Positions 9,164 through 17,050 of a DNA stretch of 64,000 bases are shown here, in pieces. The stretch is from Anaerovoracaceae bacterium (GTDB taxonomy: Bacteria; Bacillota; Clostridia; Peptostreptococcales; Anaerovoracaceae). The DNA is taken from positions 39,383 through 103,382 of the forward strand of contig JBMNVB010000005.1 of assembly GCA_050946575.1 (NCBI GenBank), given 5' to 3'. Within the stretch, counting starts at the first letter, position 1, and the number at the start of each line of letters is the position of its first letter. Under the pieces are notes generated by a model. That model saw nothing but the letters and a program-made list of their open reading frames with translations. It did no database searches and was not told where the DNA came from. A program made the translations under genes and the position numbers.

Positions 9164-10372
9164 TCACCGCTCGCGCGGGAGGCTGATCAGGAAGAATATC
9201 AATGCGCCGAGTATTGCGGAGATGTACGCCGGATGCGGGAGCCCCACTGCTTCGAATACGTTCGACACGGCGCCTATGACGGACGGCGTCACGAACTGGG
9301 CGAGATACAGCGCGGCAGATATAAGCGGAATCACAGTCGCTGCCGCGGCGCGCCCCGCCTTCGAAGACGCCGTGGAGATGATGTATGGGATGCCGAGCCC
9401 GTTCGCGAAGCCGATAAGGAATGAACCGACAATGGTCCCGATCCAGCCGCCCATGAACGCCAGCAGTATGTAGCCGAACAGGAACATGAGCGGGGCGACG
9501 ACGCGTGTGGCGCTGCCTATGTGAGCCTTGATGCGGACGAACGACAGGCCGCCGAAAAATGCGACAAGGTCCATCGCAGCCATTATGACTGAAATGAGAG
9601 CCTGCGGGATGACGCCGTCGGCCGTGGTCTCAATGGCGAAGTTCGACGGGTAGACGAAGAAAGTGAGCATAAGGAAAAACATCGCGGCGATATAGCGGGC
9701 GTATTTTTTCGCCGCCGCGCCCGTGCCTTTCGAGCGCCCTTCGTTTTCGCCGTCTTTTGAGCCGGCCTCAGTCCCGATCATGTCGCTCGGCAGAAATGCC
9801 GCACACAGTACCACGCTGATGAGCCCCATGAGATATACGAGGAAGCTGAGCCTCCAGCTCAGTGTCGCGAGCGCGCCTGCGAGCAGTGTCGCGATCACTC
9901 CTCCGAGCTGGTTCATTGCCGATGACCAGCCCATCATCTCTTCCTGGCGGCCGCGCGAAAAGTAGAATGTGATCAGTCCCGTGGAAAGCGGCATGACAAT
10001 GCCGACGCCGATCCCGACCACTGCCCTCGCAGCGAGCACGGTATATATATTGCTGAACAGGCCGGCGGCGCATCCGCCGACGGTGTACAGCGCGAGTCCG
10101 ATCATCACGAGCGGCTTTGACTTCAGATGCCTGCACATGATCGGGAACAGCAGATTCGTAATGAAGATGAACAGAGCCGGTACGCTGATGATCATCTGTA
10201 CGAGGAGCTTGCTTTCATCCGCGAAATATTTTTCTATGACTCCGAGCGCCGGAGCGACCGCGGCTCCCGCCATTACTGTCAGAAGAGACAGCGACAGGAT
10301 CGATACGGTGAGAGACCTCGACGGTCCCCGCGCTTCGAGCGAACTGTTTTCTTCTTTAGTGTTTCCCTGCAT
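9164..10372 (-). CDS. MFS transporter
   Basis: About 12 predicted TM helices and the typical MFS loop (MCRHLKSKPLVMIG). Confidence 0.8.
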   Translation of the reverse strand: MQGNTKEENSSLEARGPSRSLTVSILSLSLLTVMAGAAVAPALGVIEKYFADESKLLVQMIISVPALFIFITNLLFPIMCRHLKSKPLVMIGLALYTVGGCAAGLFSNIYTVLAARAVVGIGVGIVMPLSTGLITFYFSRGRQEEMMGWSSAMNQLGGVIATLLAGALATLSWRLSFLVYLMGLISVVLCAAFLPSDMIGTEAGSKDGENEGRSKGTGAAAKKYARYIAAMFFLMLTFFVYPSNFAIETTADGVIPQALISVIMAAMDLVAFFGGLSFVRIKAHIGSATRVVAPLMFLFGYILLAFMGGWIGTIVGSFLIGFANGLGIPYIISTASSKAGRAAAATVIPLISAALYLAQFVTPSVIGAVSNVFEAVGLPHPAYISAILGALIFFLISLPRER

Positions 10373-10548
10373 TGATGTAAAATCTTTTCCTTCCTGATTT
10401 GATGTAAACTTTAAAAAAACGCAAGCCCGTTCGGACTTACGCTTTTGCTGCTCAACAATGTAAATATATCAGAAATCACGCTCAAAAATCAAATGTTTTT
10501 TGGCAGGCGATTTTATGGCATAATGTTAATCGGAAGGGAGGTATTTGC

Positions 10549-11163
10549 ATGATCGAATCCGAAATCAAGGCATCGCTCGAGGGGATAGACCGTGAAGATC
10601 TTATCGCCAGGATCGGGCGGCTTGGCTTCAGGGCGGAAGAGTCGAAGCATCAGACTGATGTCTATTACAACGGACGCGACCGCGATTTCAGGAAGACGGA
10701 TGAGGCGCTCAGGCTCCGGCGGACGGAATACGCCGGCGGGTCGGAGAAATCCGCGATAACGTACAAGGGCCCGAAGATGGATTCCGTCACGATGACCCGT
10801 GAAGAGATCCAGACGGATGTGCGTGACGGGCAGGAGGCGGACAGGCTGATCCGGGCGCTCGGGTTCGAGCCTGTGATGACCGTGGAGAAAACGCGGCAGC
10901 GCTATACGAACTACGAACTCCTGGCTGACCCGAAACTCGACCGGACGTGGACGCCGGTCACGAAACACGCAATGGCTGTCTGCATCGATGATGTCAGCGG
11001 CCTCGGCCCGTTTATCGAGATCGAGATCCTGCTGAAGGATGACAGCGGTCTCGGAGCGGCACGCGCGAATCTCCATCAGATGCTGGACGTGCTGATGGTG
11101 CCGCAGGAAAACGCGACCACGAAATCGTATCTTGATCAGCTGATGGAAAAGAATGAGGAGTGA
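10549..11163 (+). CDS. CYTH domain protein (class IV adenylate cyclase / CyaB-like)
   Basis: N-terminal ESEIK (ExExK) motif and C-terminal FIEIEIL strand, typical of the CYTH fold. GGAAGGGAGG RBS. Confidence 0.7.
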   Translation: MIESEIKASLEGIDREDLIARIGRLGFRAEESKHQTDVYYNGRDRDFRKTDEALRLRRTEYAGGSEKSAITYKGPKMDSVTMTREEIQTDVRDGQEADRLIRALGFEPVMTVEKTRQRYTNYELLADPKLDRTWTPVTKHAMAVCIDDVSGLGPFIEIEILLKDDSGLGAARANLHQMLDVLMVPQENATTKSYLDQLMEKNEE

Positions 11164-11440
11164 GACGCGGCGGCGGTCTTGTACGCATGCCGGCCGGCTG
11201 AGCGGCTGCGGCCGCGATCCGTGTCGGCGGAAGTCCGGTCAGCGGGCGGCAGCCGGGATACGATGAGCGGCGGCCGGGTTGCGATGCAGGACGCGCATCA
11301 ATGCGGAAGTCCTGTCCCGGGATGCTGCGAATGAGAAAGAGATCCGGGGCGGGCTGCGGATATGATGCGGCCCCGGGATGCGCTGAACGGGATCCGCGGC
11401 AGAAGTTTCGCGGATGCACCGGCCCTGACCAGCGGGGAAA

Positions 11441-11468
11441 CACCGAGCATATATGCCGGTGCTTTTTT
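11441..11468 (+). terminator. Intrinsic terminator-like hairpin
   Basis: CACCGAGCATATATGCCGGTG hairpin followed by CTTTTTT. Confidence 0.6.
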
Positions 11469-11475
11469 AATTGGA

Positions 11476-11505
11476 CAAAATGGATGGGGATCCCCATCCA
11501 TTTTG
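11476..11505. repeat. 30-nt perfect palindrome with GGATCC core, followed by a T-run
   Basis: CAAAATGGATGGGGATCCCCATCCATTTTG reads the same on both strands. Followed by GTCATTTTTTCTTTTT. Confidence 0.9.
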
Positions 11506-11597
11506 GTCATTTTTTCTTTTTGCAGCGGTCGGAGAACTGACGATCTGACCGGAGGCCGGATACTCGGGCCCGGGGCGGGTTCCTGTCCGGGGCCGCG

Positions 11598-11809
11598 GAA
11601 ACAGGAATCCGCATTTTTGGGTGGGGTATTTTGAAATAGAGAAATTTCTCCACCCAATTTCCAACGTTTATCGGGCATTGATCCGGCGAAAAACGCGATT
11701 TCCCGATAATCCGTCCGGATCGATGCCTGCAGCCCAGTAAAAAAGGTGGGGAGATTTGTATATACGAAATTACCCCACCATTTTTGCTCATTCTCCAGAA
11801 AATGGAAGG
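11598..11809 (+). repeat. MITE-like triple-hairpin repeat element, copy F1 (left end diverged)
   Basis: Shares GGTGGGGTATTTTGAAATAGAGAAATTTCYCCACC .. GGGCATTGATCCGG .. GGTGGGGAnATTT..ATTACCCCACC ATTTTTGCTCATTCTCCAGAAAATGGAAGG with the four other copies. Confidence 0.85.
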
Positions 11810-11901
11810 CTGCGAGGCCCCCAGCACCGTCCCGACCCCGGCCGAATCAATGCAAAATCCCGCGTCGCAGCCTTGTTCCGGCTCCGAAAATCCGGATCGG
11901 C

Positions 11902-11985
11902 CCGGCCGAAATCCAGGAATGAGCCTGGCGCGCCGCCCCGACCCCGGCCGAAATCCAAGAATGAGCCTGGCGCGCCGTCCCGACC
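11902..11985 (+). repeat. Two 42-nt tandem 'solo left-end' copies of the element terminus
   Basis: CCGGCCGAAATCCA(G/A)GAATGAGCCTGGCGCGCCG(C/T)CCCGAC x2. The third repeat continues into full copy F2. Confidence 0.8.
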
Positions 11986-12204
11986 CCGGGCGAAATCCGG
12001 GAATGAGCATTTTAGGTGGGGTATTTTGAAATAGAGAAATTTCCCCACCCAAATTCCAACGTTTATCGGGCATTGATCCGGCAAAAAACGCGATTCCGCG
12101 AAAATCCGACCGGATCAACGCCTGAAACCCACAAAAAAAGGTGGGGAAATTTTCATATATGAAATTACCCCACCATTTTTGCTCATTCTCCAGAAAATGG
12201 AAGG
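11986..12204 (+). repeat. MITE-like triple-hairpin repeat element, copy F2
   Basis: Near-identical to F3 and to the reverse complements of 32781-32996 and 33070-33286. Confidence 0.9.
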
Positions 12205-12233
12205 TCGCGAGGTCCGCGGCGCCGTCCTGATCC

Positions 12234-12433
12234 CGGCCGAAATCCAGGAATGAGCATTTTAGGTGGGGTATTTTGAAATAGAGAAATTTCCCCACCCAAT
12301 TTCCAACGTTTATCGGGCATTGATCCGGCGAAAAACGCGATTCCGCGAAAATCCGGACGGATCAATGCCTGAAACCCACCAAAAAAGGTGGGGAAATTTT
12401 CATATACAAAATTACCCCACCATTTTTGCTCAT
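12234..12433 (+). repeat. MITE-like triple-hairpin repeat element, copy F3 (right end truncated)
   Basis: Same architecture; homology ends after CCCCACCATTTTTGCTCATT. Confidence 0.9.
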
Positions 12434-12609
12434 TTGCCCTTTTTTCCGCCCCCCCGGGCCGGGCCGCTGACCCGCCCCATCGGACCATGGCTCTGCATTT
12501 TGCTTTTCCGTCCCCCCGGACCGTGGTCCCGCGACCTGCCCGACCTGACCCCGGCACCGCATACGCTCTCCAGAGTCGCCGCAGAGCCCTATCCGGAGCC
12601 CGAAAACAG

Positions 12610-12666
12610 TTGACGCAGGCGGCCTGCACAGGTATAATCGAAATTAGTTTGATAATCAAAGTAATT
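12610..12666 (+). promoter_or_regulatory. Consensus sigma-A promoter (TTGACG-17-TATAAT) with an overlapping 25-nt palindromic operator (FabT-box-like)
   Basis: TTGACG 12610-12615, TATAAT 12633-12638. AATTAGTTTGATAATCAAAGTAATT at 12642-12666 has 11 of 12 arm positions complementary around A12654. Confidence 0.65.
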
Positions 12667-12677
12667 ACTGTCACGAA

Positions 12678-12935
12678 CCGGCCTGCGCCCGTCACGAGCG
12701 GAGCACCGGACCGGAGAAAAAGGACCCGGCCCGAGCCCAACACGAGCGGAGCACCGGACCGGAGAAAAAAGACCCGGCCCGAGCCCCGAACGAGCGGAGC
12801 ACCGGATCGGAGAAAAGGACCCGGCCCGAGCCCAACACGAGCGGAGCACCGGGCCGGAGAAAAAGGACCGGCCTGCGCCCGTCACGAGCGGAGCACCGGA
12901 CCGGAGAAAAAGGACCGGCCCTCGCCCGAAAACGC
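12678..12935 (+). repeat. Five tandem 47-48-nt GC-rich repeats in the fab leader region
   Basis: ACGAGCGGAGCACCGGACCGGAGAAAAAGGACCCGGCCCGAGCCCAAC-like units start at 12694, 12742, 12790, 12837 and 12884. Confidence 0.85.
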
Positions 12936-13038
12936 TTAGGAGCCAAGAGCCGAAGAAGCTGAGGGGCTCGGAATCCGACAGGCGGAAGCGCGAAGGATCG
13001 CAGAGGCGGAGACCGGATCCGGAACAAAGGAGCGAATT

Positions 13039-13992
13039 ATGCTTGATATATGCGAAATCCTCGGAACGAGGTATCCGATAATACAGGGAGCGATGGCGAG
13101 GATCGCGGATGCGGAGCTCGCGGCGGCCGTGAGCAACGGCGGCGGTCTCGGGATCATTGCGTCCGGCGGGGCGCCGGCGGACTGGCTGCGCGGCGAGATC
13201 GCGAAGGCGAGGAGCCTGACGGACAGGCCGTTCGGCGTGAATCTGATGCTGCTGTCCGAGAACATCGATGAACTCGTTGATGTCGTATGCGACGAGAAAG
13301 TGAGCGTCGTTACGACGGGAGCGGGGAACCCCGGAAAGTACATGGAGAAGCTGAAGGGCGCCGGGATAAAGGTCATCCCGGTCGTGGCTTCGTGCGCGCT
13401 CGCGGTCAGGATGCAGCGCGCGGGAGCGGACGCGGTAGTCGCGGAAGGAACGGAAGCCGGCGGGCACATTGGCGAGATCGCGACAATGGCGCTCACGCCG
13501 CAGGTCGTTGATGCCGTGGATATCCCGGTCATCTGCGCGGGCGGCGTCGCCGACGGACGGGGCCTTGCGGCGGCGTTCATGCTCGGCGCGAAGGGCGTGC
13601 AGGTCGGGACGCGGTTCCTCTCCGCGGACGAATGCAACATCGCGCCGGAATATAAAGAGGCGATCCTCAAGGCGAAGGACACGTCGACGACTGCCACGGG
13701 CCGGCGGTTCGGCCACCCGGTCAGATGCCTGCGCAACAAACTGACGCGCCGGGTGCTCAAACTCGAGGCCGAGGGCGGAACGGAAGAAGAAATGAACGAG
13801 ATGTGCACGGGGAGCCTGTCGGCGGCCGTCGTGCGCGGCGACGTGGAGAACGGCTCGGTCATGAGCGGCCAGGTCGCGGGACTCGTTAAGAAAACGCAGC
13901 CGGCGGCGGAGATCATCCGCGAAATGTTCGAGGAAGCGGCGGAAATATATAAAAGCCGCGAAGCCATCTGCACGAAAGAGAGGAGCATATGA
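13039..13992 (+). CDS. fabK: Enoyl-[ACP] reductase II (FMN-dependent, FabK)
   Basis: YPIIQGAMARIAD, AEGTEAGGHIGE and GGVADGRG..GAKGVQVGTRF motifs. First gene of the fab cluster. Confidence 0.9.
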   Translation: MLDICEILGTRYPIIQGAMARIADAELAAAVSNGGGLGIIASGGAPADWLRGEIAKARSLTDRPFGVNLMLLSENIDELVDVVCDEKVSVVTTGAGNPGKYMEKLKGAGIKVIPVVASCALAVRMQRAGADAVVAEGTEAGGHIGEIATMALTPQVVDAVDIPVICAGGVADGRGLAAAFMLGAKGVQVGTRFLSADECNIAPEYKEAILKAKDTSTTATGRRFGHPVRCLRNKLTRRVLKLEAEGGTEEEMNEMCTGSLSAAVVRGDVENGSVMSGQVAGLVKKTQPAAEIIREMFEEAAEIYKSREAICTKERSI

Positions 13993-14999
13993 AAATAGGA
14001 CTTGTGTTTTCCGGACAGGGCGCGCAGTACCCGGGCATGGGCCGGGATCTCTGCGAGAACAGCCCCGAGGCGGCGGCCGTTTTCGACGCGGCCGGAGACG
14101 AGATCAGGAAGCTCTGCTTTGACGGCACGAAGGAGCAGCTCGCGCAGACGCGCGTGACGCAGCCGACGATATATACAGTGACGATGGCGGCGTACGAGGC
14201 GTTCATGGCATCAATGCGGAAAGCCGGTCTTTCGGAGATCACGGAGGTGACGGGCCGCGCGGGATTCAGTCTCGGCGAATATGCGTCGCTCACGTCGGCC
14301 GGGGTCATCGACGACATCCGCAAGGGACTGGAGATCGTCGAGAAGCGCGGCGTGTTCATGCAGGAAGCGGGGCAGGACGAGAACGGAGAAAACATCAGCG
14401 GCATGACGGCGGCGCTCGGGAGAAGAGCGGCGGTCCTTGACGCGGTGGAAAAGGCGGCGCTCGAGACGGGAATGGTGATAGAGGCCGTGAACTTCAACAC
14501 GGCGTCGCAGACGGTCGTCGCGGGCGAGAAACCGGCGCTCGAGGCGTTTGCCAGGATCGCGAAGGAAAACAGGATCAAGGCGATACCGCTCAGTGTCAGC
14601 ACAGCGTTCCACTGCGCATTGATGAAGCCGGCGGCGGAGAGGCTGCTCCCGGTGCTTCAGGCCGCGGAGCTGAAATACCCGGACGCTCAGGGCATTCTCT
14701 ATTCCGACTCGACGGCGCGCGACATCATGGACGGATACGAAGGAGATCCGGATGACGCTGAAGCGGCCGGCGGGTATCTTGCCGAAATGATGGCGGCGCA
14801 GGCGATGAGCCCGGTGCACTGGCAGGAGATAACTGAGGACATGGCGGCGCGCGGCGCGAAGGCGATCATTGAATTCGGGCCGGGGAAGACGCTGACGGGG
14901 TTCACGAAGAAGAATGCGAGAGGCGTGCTGGCGCTGCACGTTGAGGATACGGAAAGCCTGGACGAGACGATCCGGGCGCTCTCAGAAAATGCGGGATAA
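13989..14999 (+). CDS. fabD: Malonyl-CoA:ACP transacylase
   Basis: FSGQGAQYPGMG and GFSLGEYASL (active-site Ser) motifs. 4-nt overlap with fabK. Confidence 0.9.
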   Translation: MKIGLVFSGQGAQYPGMGRDLCENSPEAAAVFDAAGDEIRKLCFDGTKEQLAQTRVTQPTIYTVTMAAYEAFMASMRKAGLSEITEVTGRAGFSLGEYASLTSAGVIDDIRKGLEIVEKRGVFMQEAGQDENGENISGMTAALGRRAAVLDAVEKAALETGMVIEAVNFNTASQTVVAGEKPALEAFARIAKENRIKAIPLSVSTAFHCALMKPAAERLLPVLQAAELKYPDAQGILYSDSTARDIMDGYEGDPDDAEAAGGYLAEMMAAQAMSPVHWQEITEDMAARGAKAIIEFGPGKTLTGFTKKNARGVLALHVEDTESLDETIRALSENAG

Positions 15000-15028
15000 A
15001 CTGATTAACGGAGAAAGAAGGAAGTAAC

Positions 15029-15772
15029 ATGCTCAAAGGAAAGAACGCCGTCGTTACGGGCGGCGACAGAGGTATCGGACGCGCGTCCGCGGAGCTGTTC
15101 GCGAAAAACGGCGCGAACGTGCTGATCGTTTACAGAAGCAATGACGAGCTCGCGAAGGAAGTCGCGGAAGAAATATCAGAGAAATACGGAGTCCGCGCAC
15201 TGACGTACAAAGGGGACGTCGCGGATCCGAAGACCGCGGAAGGCGCGGTCGCGCTGGCGAAGGAGGAATTCGGCTCGGTCGACATCCTCATGAACAATGC
15301 GGGGATCACGGCGGACAAGCTGCTCGCGCGCATGACGCCGGAGGATTTCTCCCGCGTCGTCGACGTGAATCTGAACGGCAGCTTCAATTTCATGAAGGCC
15401 GCTTCGAAGGTCATGATGAAGCAGCGCTCAGGGCGGATCATAAACATGGCGTCTGTCGCGGGCGTGAAGGGCAATCCGGGCCAGGTGAATTACGCCGCGT
15501 CGAAGGCCGGGGTCATCGGCATGACGCTTTCGGCCGCGAAGGAACTCGGAAGACGCGGGATCACAGTGAACGCCATCGCGCCGGGGTTCATTGACACGGA
15601 CATGACGGCGGTCCTGACGGACGAACAGAAAAGCAATGCCGCGGCAAACATCGCGCTCGGGCGCGCCGGCAAACCGGATGACGTGGCCGGAGTGGCGCTG
15701 TTCCTTGCGAGCGACCTCGCGTCGTATGTCACGGGACAGGTAATAGCTGTTGACGGCGGACTGATAATGTAA
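15029..15772 (+). CDS. fabG: 3-oxoacyl-[ACP] reductase
   Basis: SDR motifs TGGDRGIG, NNAG and YAASKAG. Confidence 0.9.
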   Translation: MLKGKNAVVTGGDRGIGRASAELFAKNGANVLIVYRSNDELAKEVAEEISEKYGVRALTYKGDVADPKTAEGAVALAKEEFGSVDILMNNAGITADKLLARMTPEDFSRVVDVNLNGSFNFMKAASKVMMKQRSGRIINMASVAGVKGNPGQVNYAASKAGVIGMTLSAAKELGRRGITVNAIAPGFIDTDMTAVLTDEQKSNAAANIALGRAGKPDDVAGVALFLASDLASYVTGQVIAVDGGLIM

Positions 15773-15795
15773 CAATGAGGAGAAAGGATCGGGAA

Positions 15796-17025
15796 ATGAG
15801 AAGAGTAGTTGTGACGGGATTCGGCGATGTGACACCTGTCGGGAACGACGCGGAGACATCGTGGAAGAATATCAAGAACGGCGTGAACGGCATCGACAGG
15901 ATCACGCACTTCGACACGGAAGGACAGAAATGCGTGATGGGCGCCGAAGTGAAGGATTTCGAGTATCCGGACAGGCGCGCGGCGAGGCGGCTGGATCCGA
16001 CGTCGCAGTTCGCGCTGACCGCCGCAGAGGAAGCTCTTAAGATGAGCGGGATCGTGAGCGGGGAGAATGTGGACCCGCTCAGGTTCGGAGTATACGGCGG
16101 AGCCGGCATCGGCGGAGTGCAGACGCTCGAGGGCCAGATACGCAAGGCTGAGAGCCGCGGCGATGTGAGACACGTCTCGGCATTGATGATCCCGATGACG
16201 ATCGCGAACCTGATCGCCGGCAACATTGCCATCAAGTTCAAGGCGAAGGGCCCGTGCATCGGCGTCGTGACAGCGTGCGCCGCGGGCACGCAGGCGATCG
16301 GAGAGGCGTTCAGGAACATCAAGGACGGCTACACCGATGTCATATGCGCCGGAGGATCCGAAGCAGCATTCGCGCCGGCCTGCTTCGCCGGTTTCGGGAC
16401 GATGAAGGCGACGACGCGGAAGGAAGACAGGGACCGCTGCTGCATCCCGTTCGACGCGGAGCGCGACGGGTTCGTCATGGGCGAAGGCGCGGGATTCGTA
16501 GTGCTGGAGGAGCTCGAACACGCGAAGGCGCGCGGAGCGAAGATCTACGCGGAGATCGCAGGCTACGGCTCTACGTGCGACGCGTATCACGTGACGATGC
16601 CGGAACCGGAGGGCGAAGGCGCGGCCAGCTGCATGAGACTCGCACTCGAAGAAGCGGGCATTGATGCGAAGGAAATCGATTACATCAATGCGCACGGCAC
16701 GGGTACGCCGTATAACGACGAGTTCGAGACTAAGGCCATAAAGATGGTGTTCGGAGAAGACACGAAGGTACCGGTCAGTTCGACGAAGAGCATGACGGGA
16801 CATCTGCTTGGCGCGGCCGGGGCGATAGAGGCGATTTTCTGCATACAGGCGATCAGGGACGGGTTCATACCGGCGACTATAAACTACAAGGTGCCGGATC
16901 CGAAATGCGATCTCGACTATGTCCCGAACGAAGGCAGGAATGCCGAGCTTTCGTGCGTTCTTTCGAACTCCTTCGGGTTCGGCGGACACAACGGAAGTAT
17001 TGTCATCAAAGCGCCGTCGGTGTAA
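15796..17025 (+). CDS. fabF: 3-oxoacyl-[ACP] synthase II
   Basis: VVTGFG.., active-site region ACAAGTQAIGEA, INAHGTGT, SNSFGFGGHN. Confidence 0.9.
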   Translation: MRRVVVTGFGDVTPVGNDAETSWKNIKNGVNGIDRITHFDTEGQKCVMGAEVKDFEYPDRRAARRLDPTSQFALTAAEEALKMSGIVSGENVDPLRFGVYGGAGIGGVQTLEGQIRKAESRGDVRHVSALMIPMTIANLIAGNIAIKFKAKGPCIGVVTACAAGTQAIGEAFRNIKDGYTDVICAGGSEAAFAPACFAGFGTMKATTRKEDRDRCCIPFDAERDGFVMGEGAGFVVLEELEHAKARGAKIYAEIAGYGSTCDAYHVTMPEPEGEGAASCMRLALEEAGIDAKEIDYINAHGTGTPYNDEFETKAIKMVFGEDTKVPVSSTKSMTGHLLGAAGAIEAIFCIQAIRDGFIPATINYKVPDPKCDLDYVPNEGRNAELSCVLSNSFGFGGHNGSIVIKAPSV

Positions 17026-17050
17026 AATATACCTCACAGGAGGTGGCGGA

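Noticed and set aside
10400-10440. Imperfect hairpin (ACGCAAGCCCGTTCGGACTTACGC) with flanking A/T runs between the divergent MFS and CYTH genes
   Set aside because: The stem has several mismatches, and a terminator makes little sense between divergently transcribed genes. No sRNA promoter is evident.
11598-12433. CRISPR-like array interpretation of the repeat-linker-repeat pattern (also 32781-33286)
   Set aside because: Repeats are about 200 bp, far longer than the roughly 36-bp scale typical of CRISPR repeats. The linkers are homologous to each other rather than unique spacers. The units have terminal inverted repeats, and no cas genes or leader are present.
11507-12613. ORFs inside the MITE-like copies (11507-12295 minus, 12263-12613 plus; also 32518-32967 minus and 32935-33486 plus), including the recurring MGYFEI.KFPH.. 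peptide
   Set aside because: They arise only because the repeat is copied. Several frames on both strands are open across the same DNA, no RBS precedes the ATGs, and the translations run straight into GC-rich low-complexity linker sequence.
12388-12939. 183-aa ORF with a TSGAPDRRK(K/R)TRPEP peptide repeat
   Set aside because: The underlying DNA repeat has a period of 48, 48, 47 and 47 nt, so the peptide repeat drifts out of frame. There is no RBS, and other frames and the opposite strand are equally open. It is treated as a non-coding tandem repeat.
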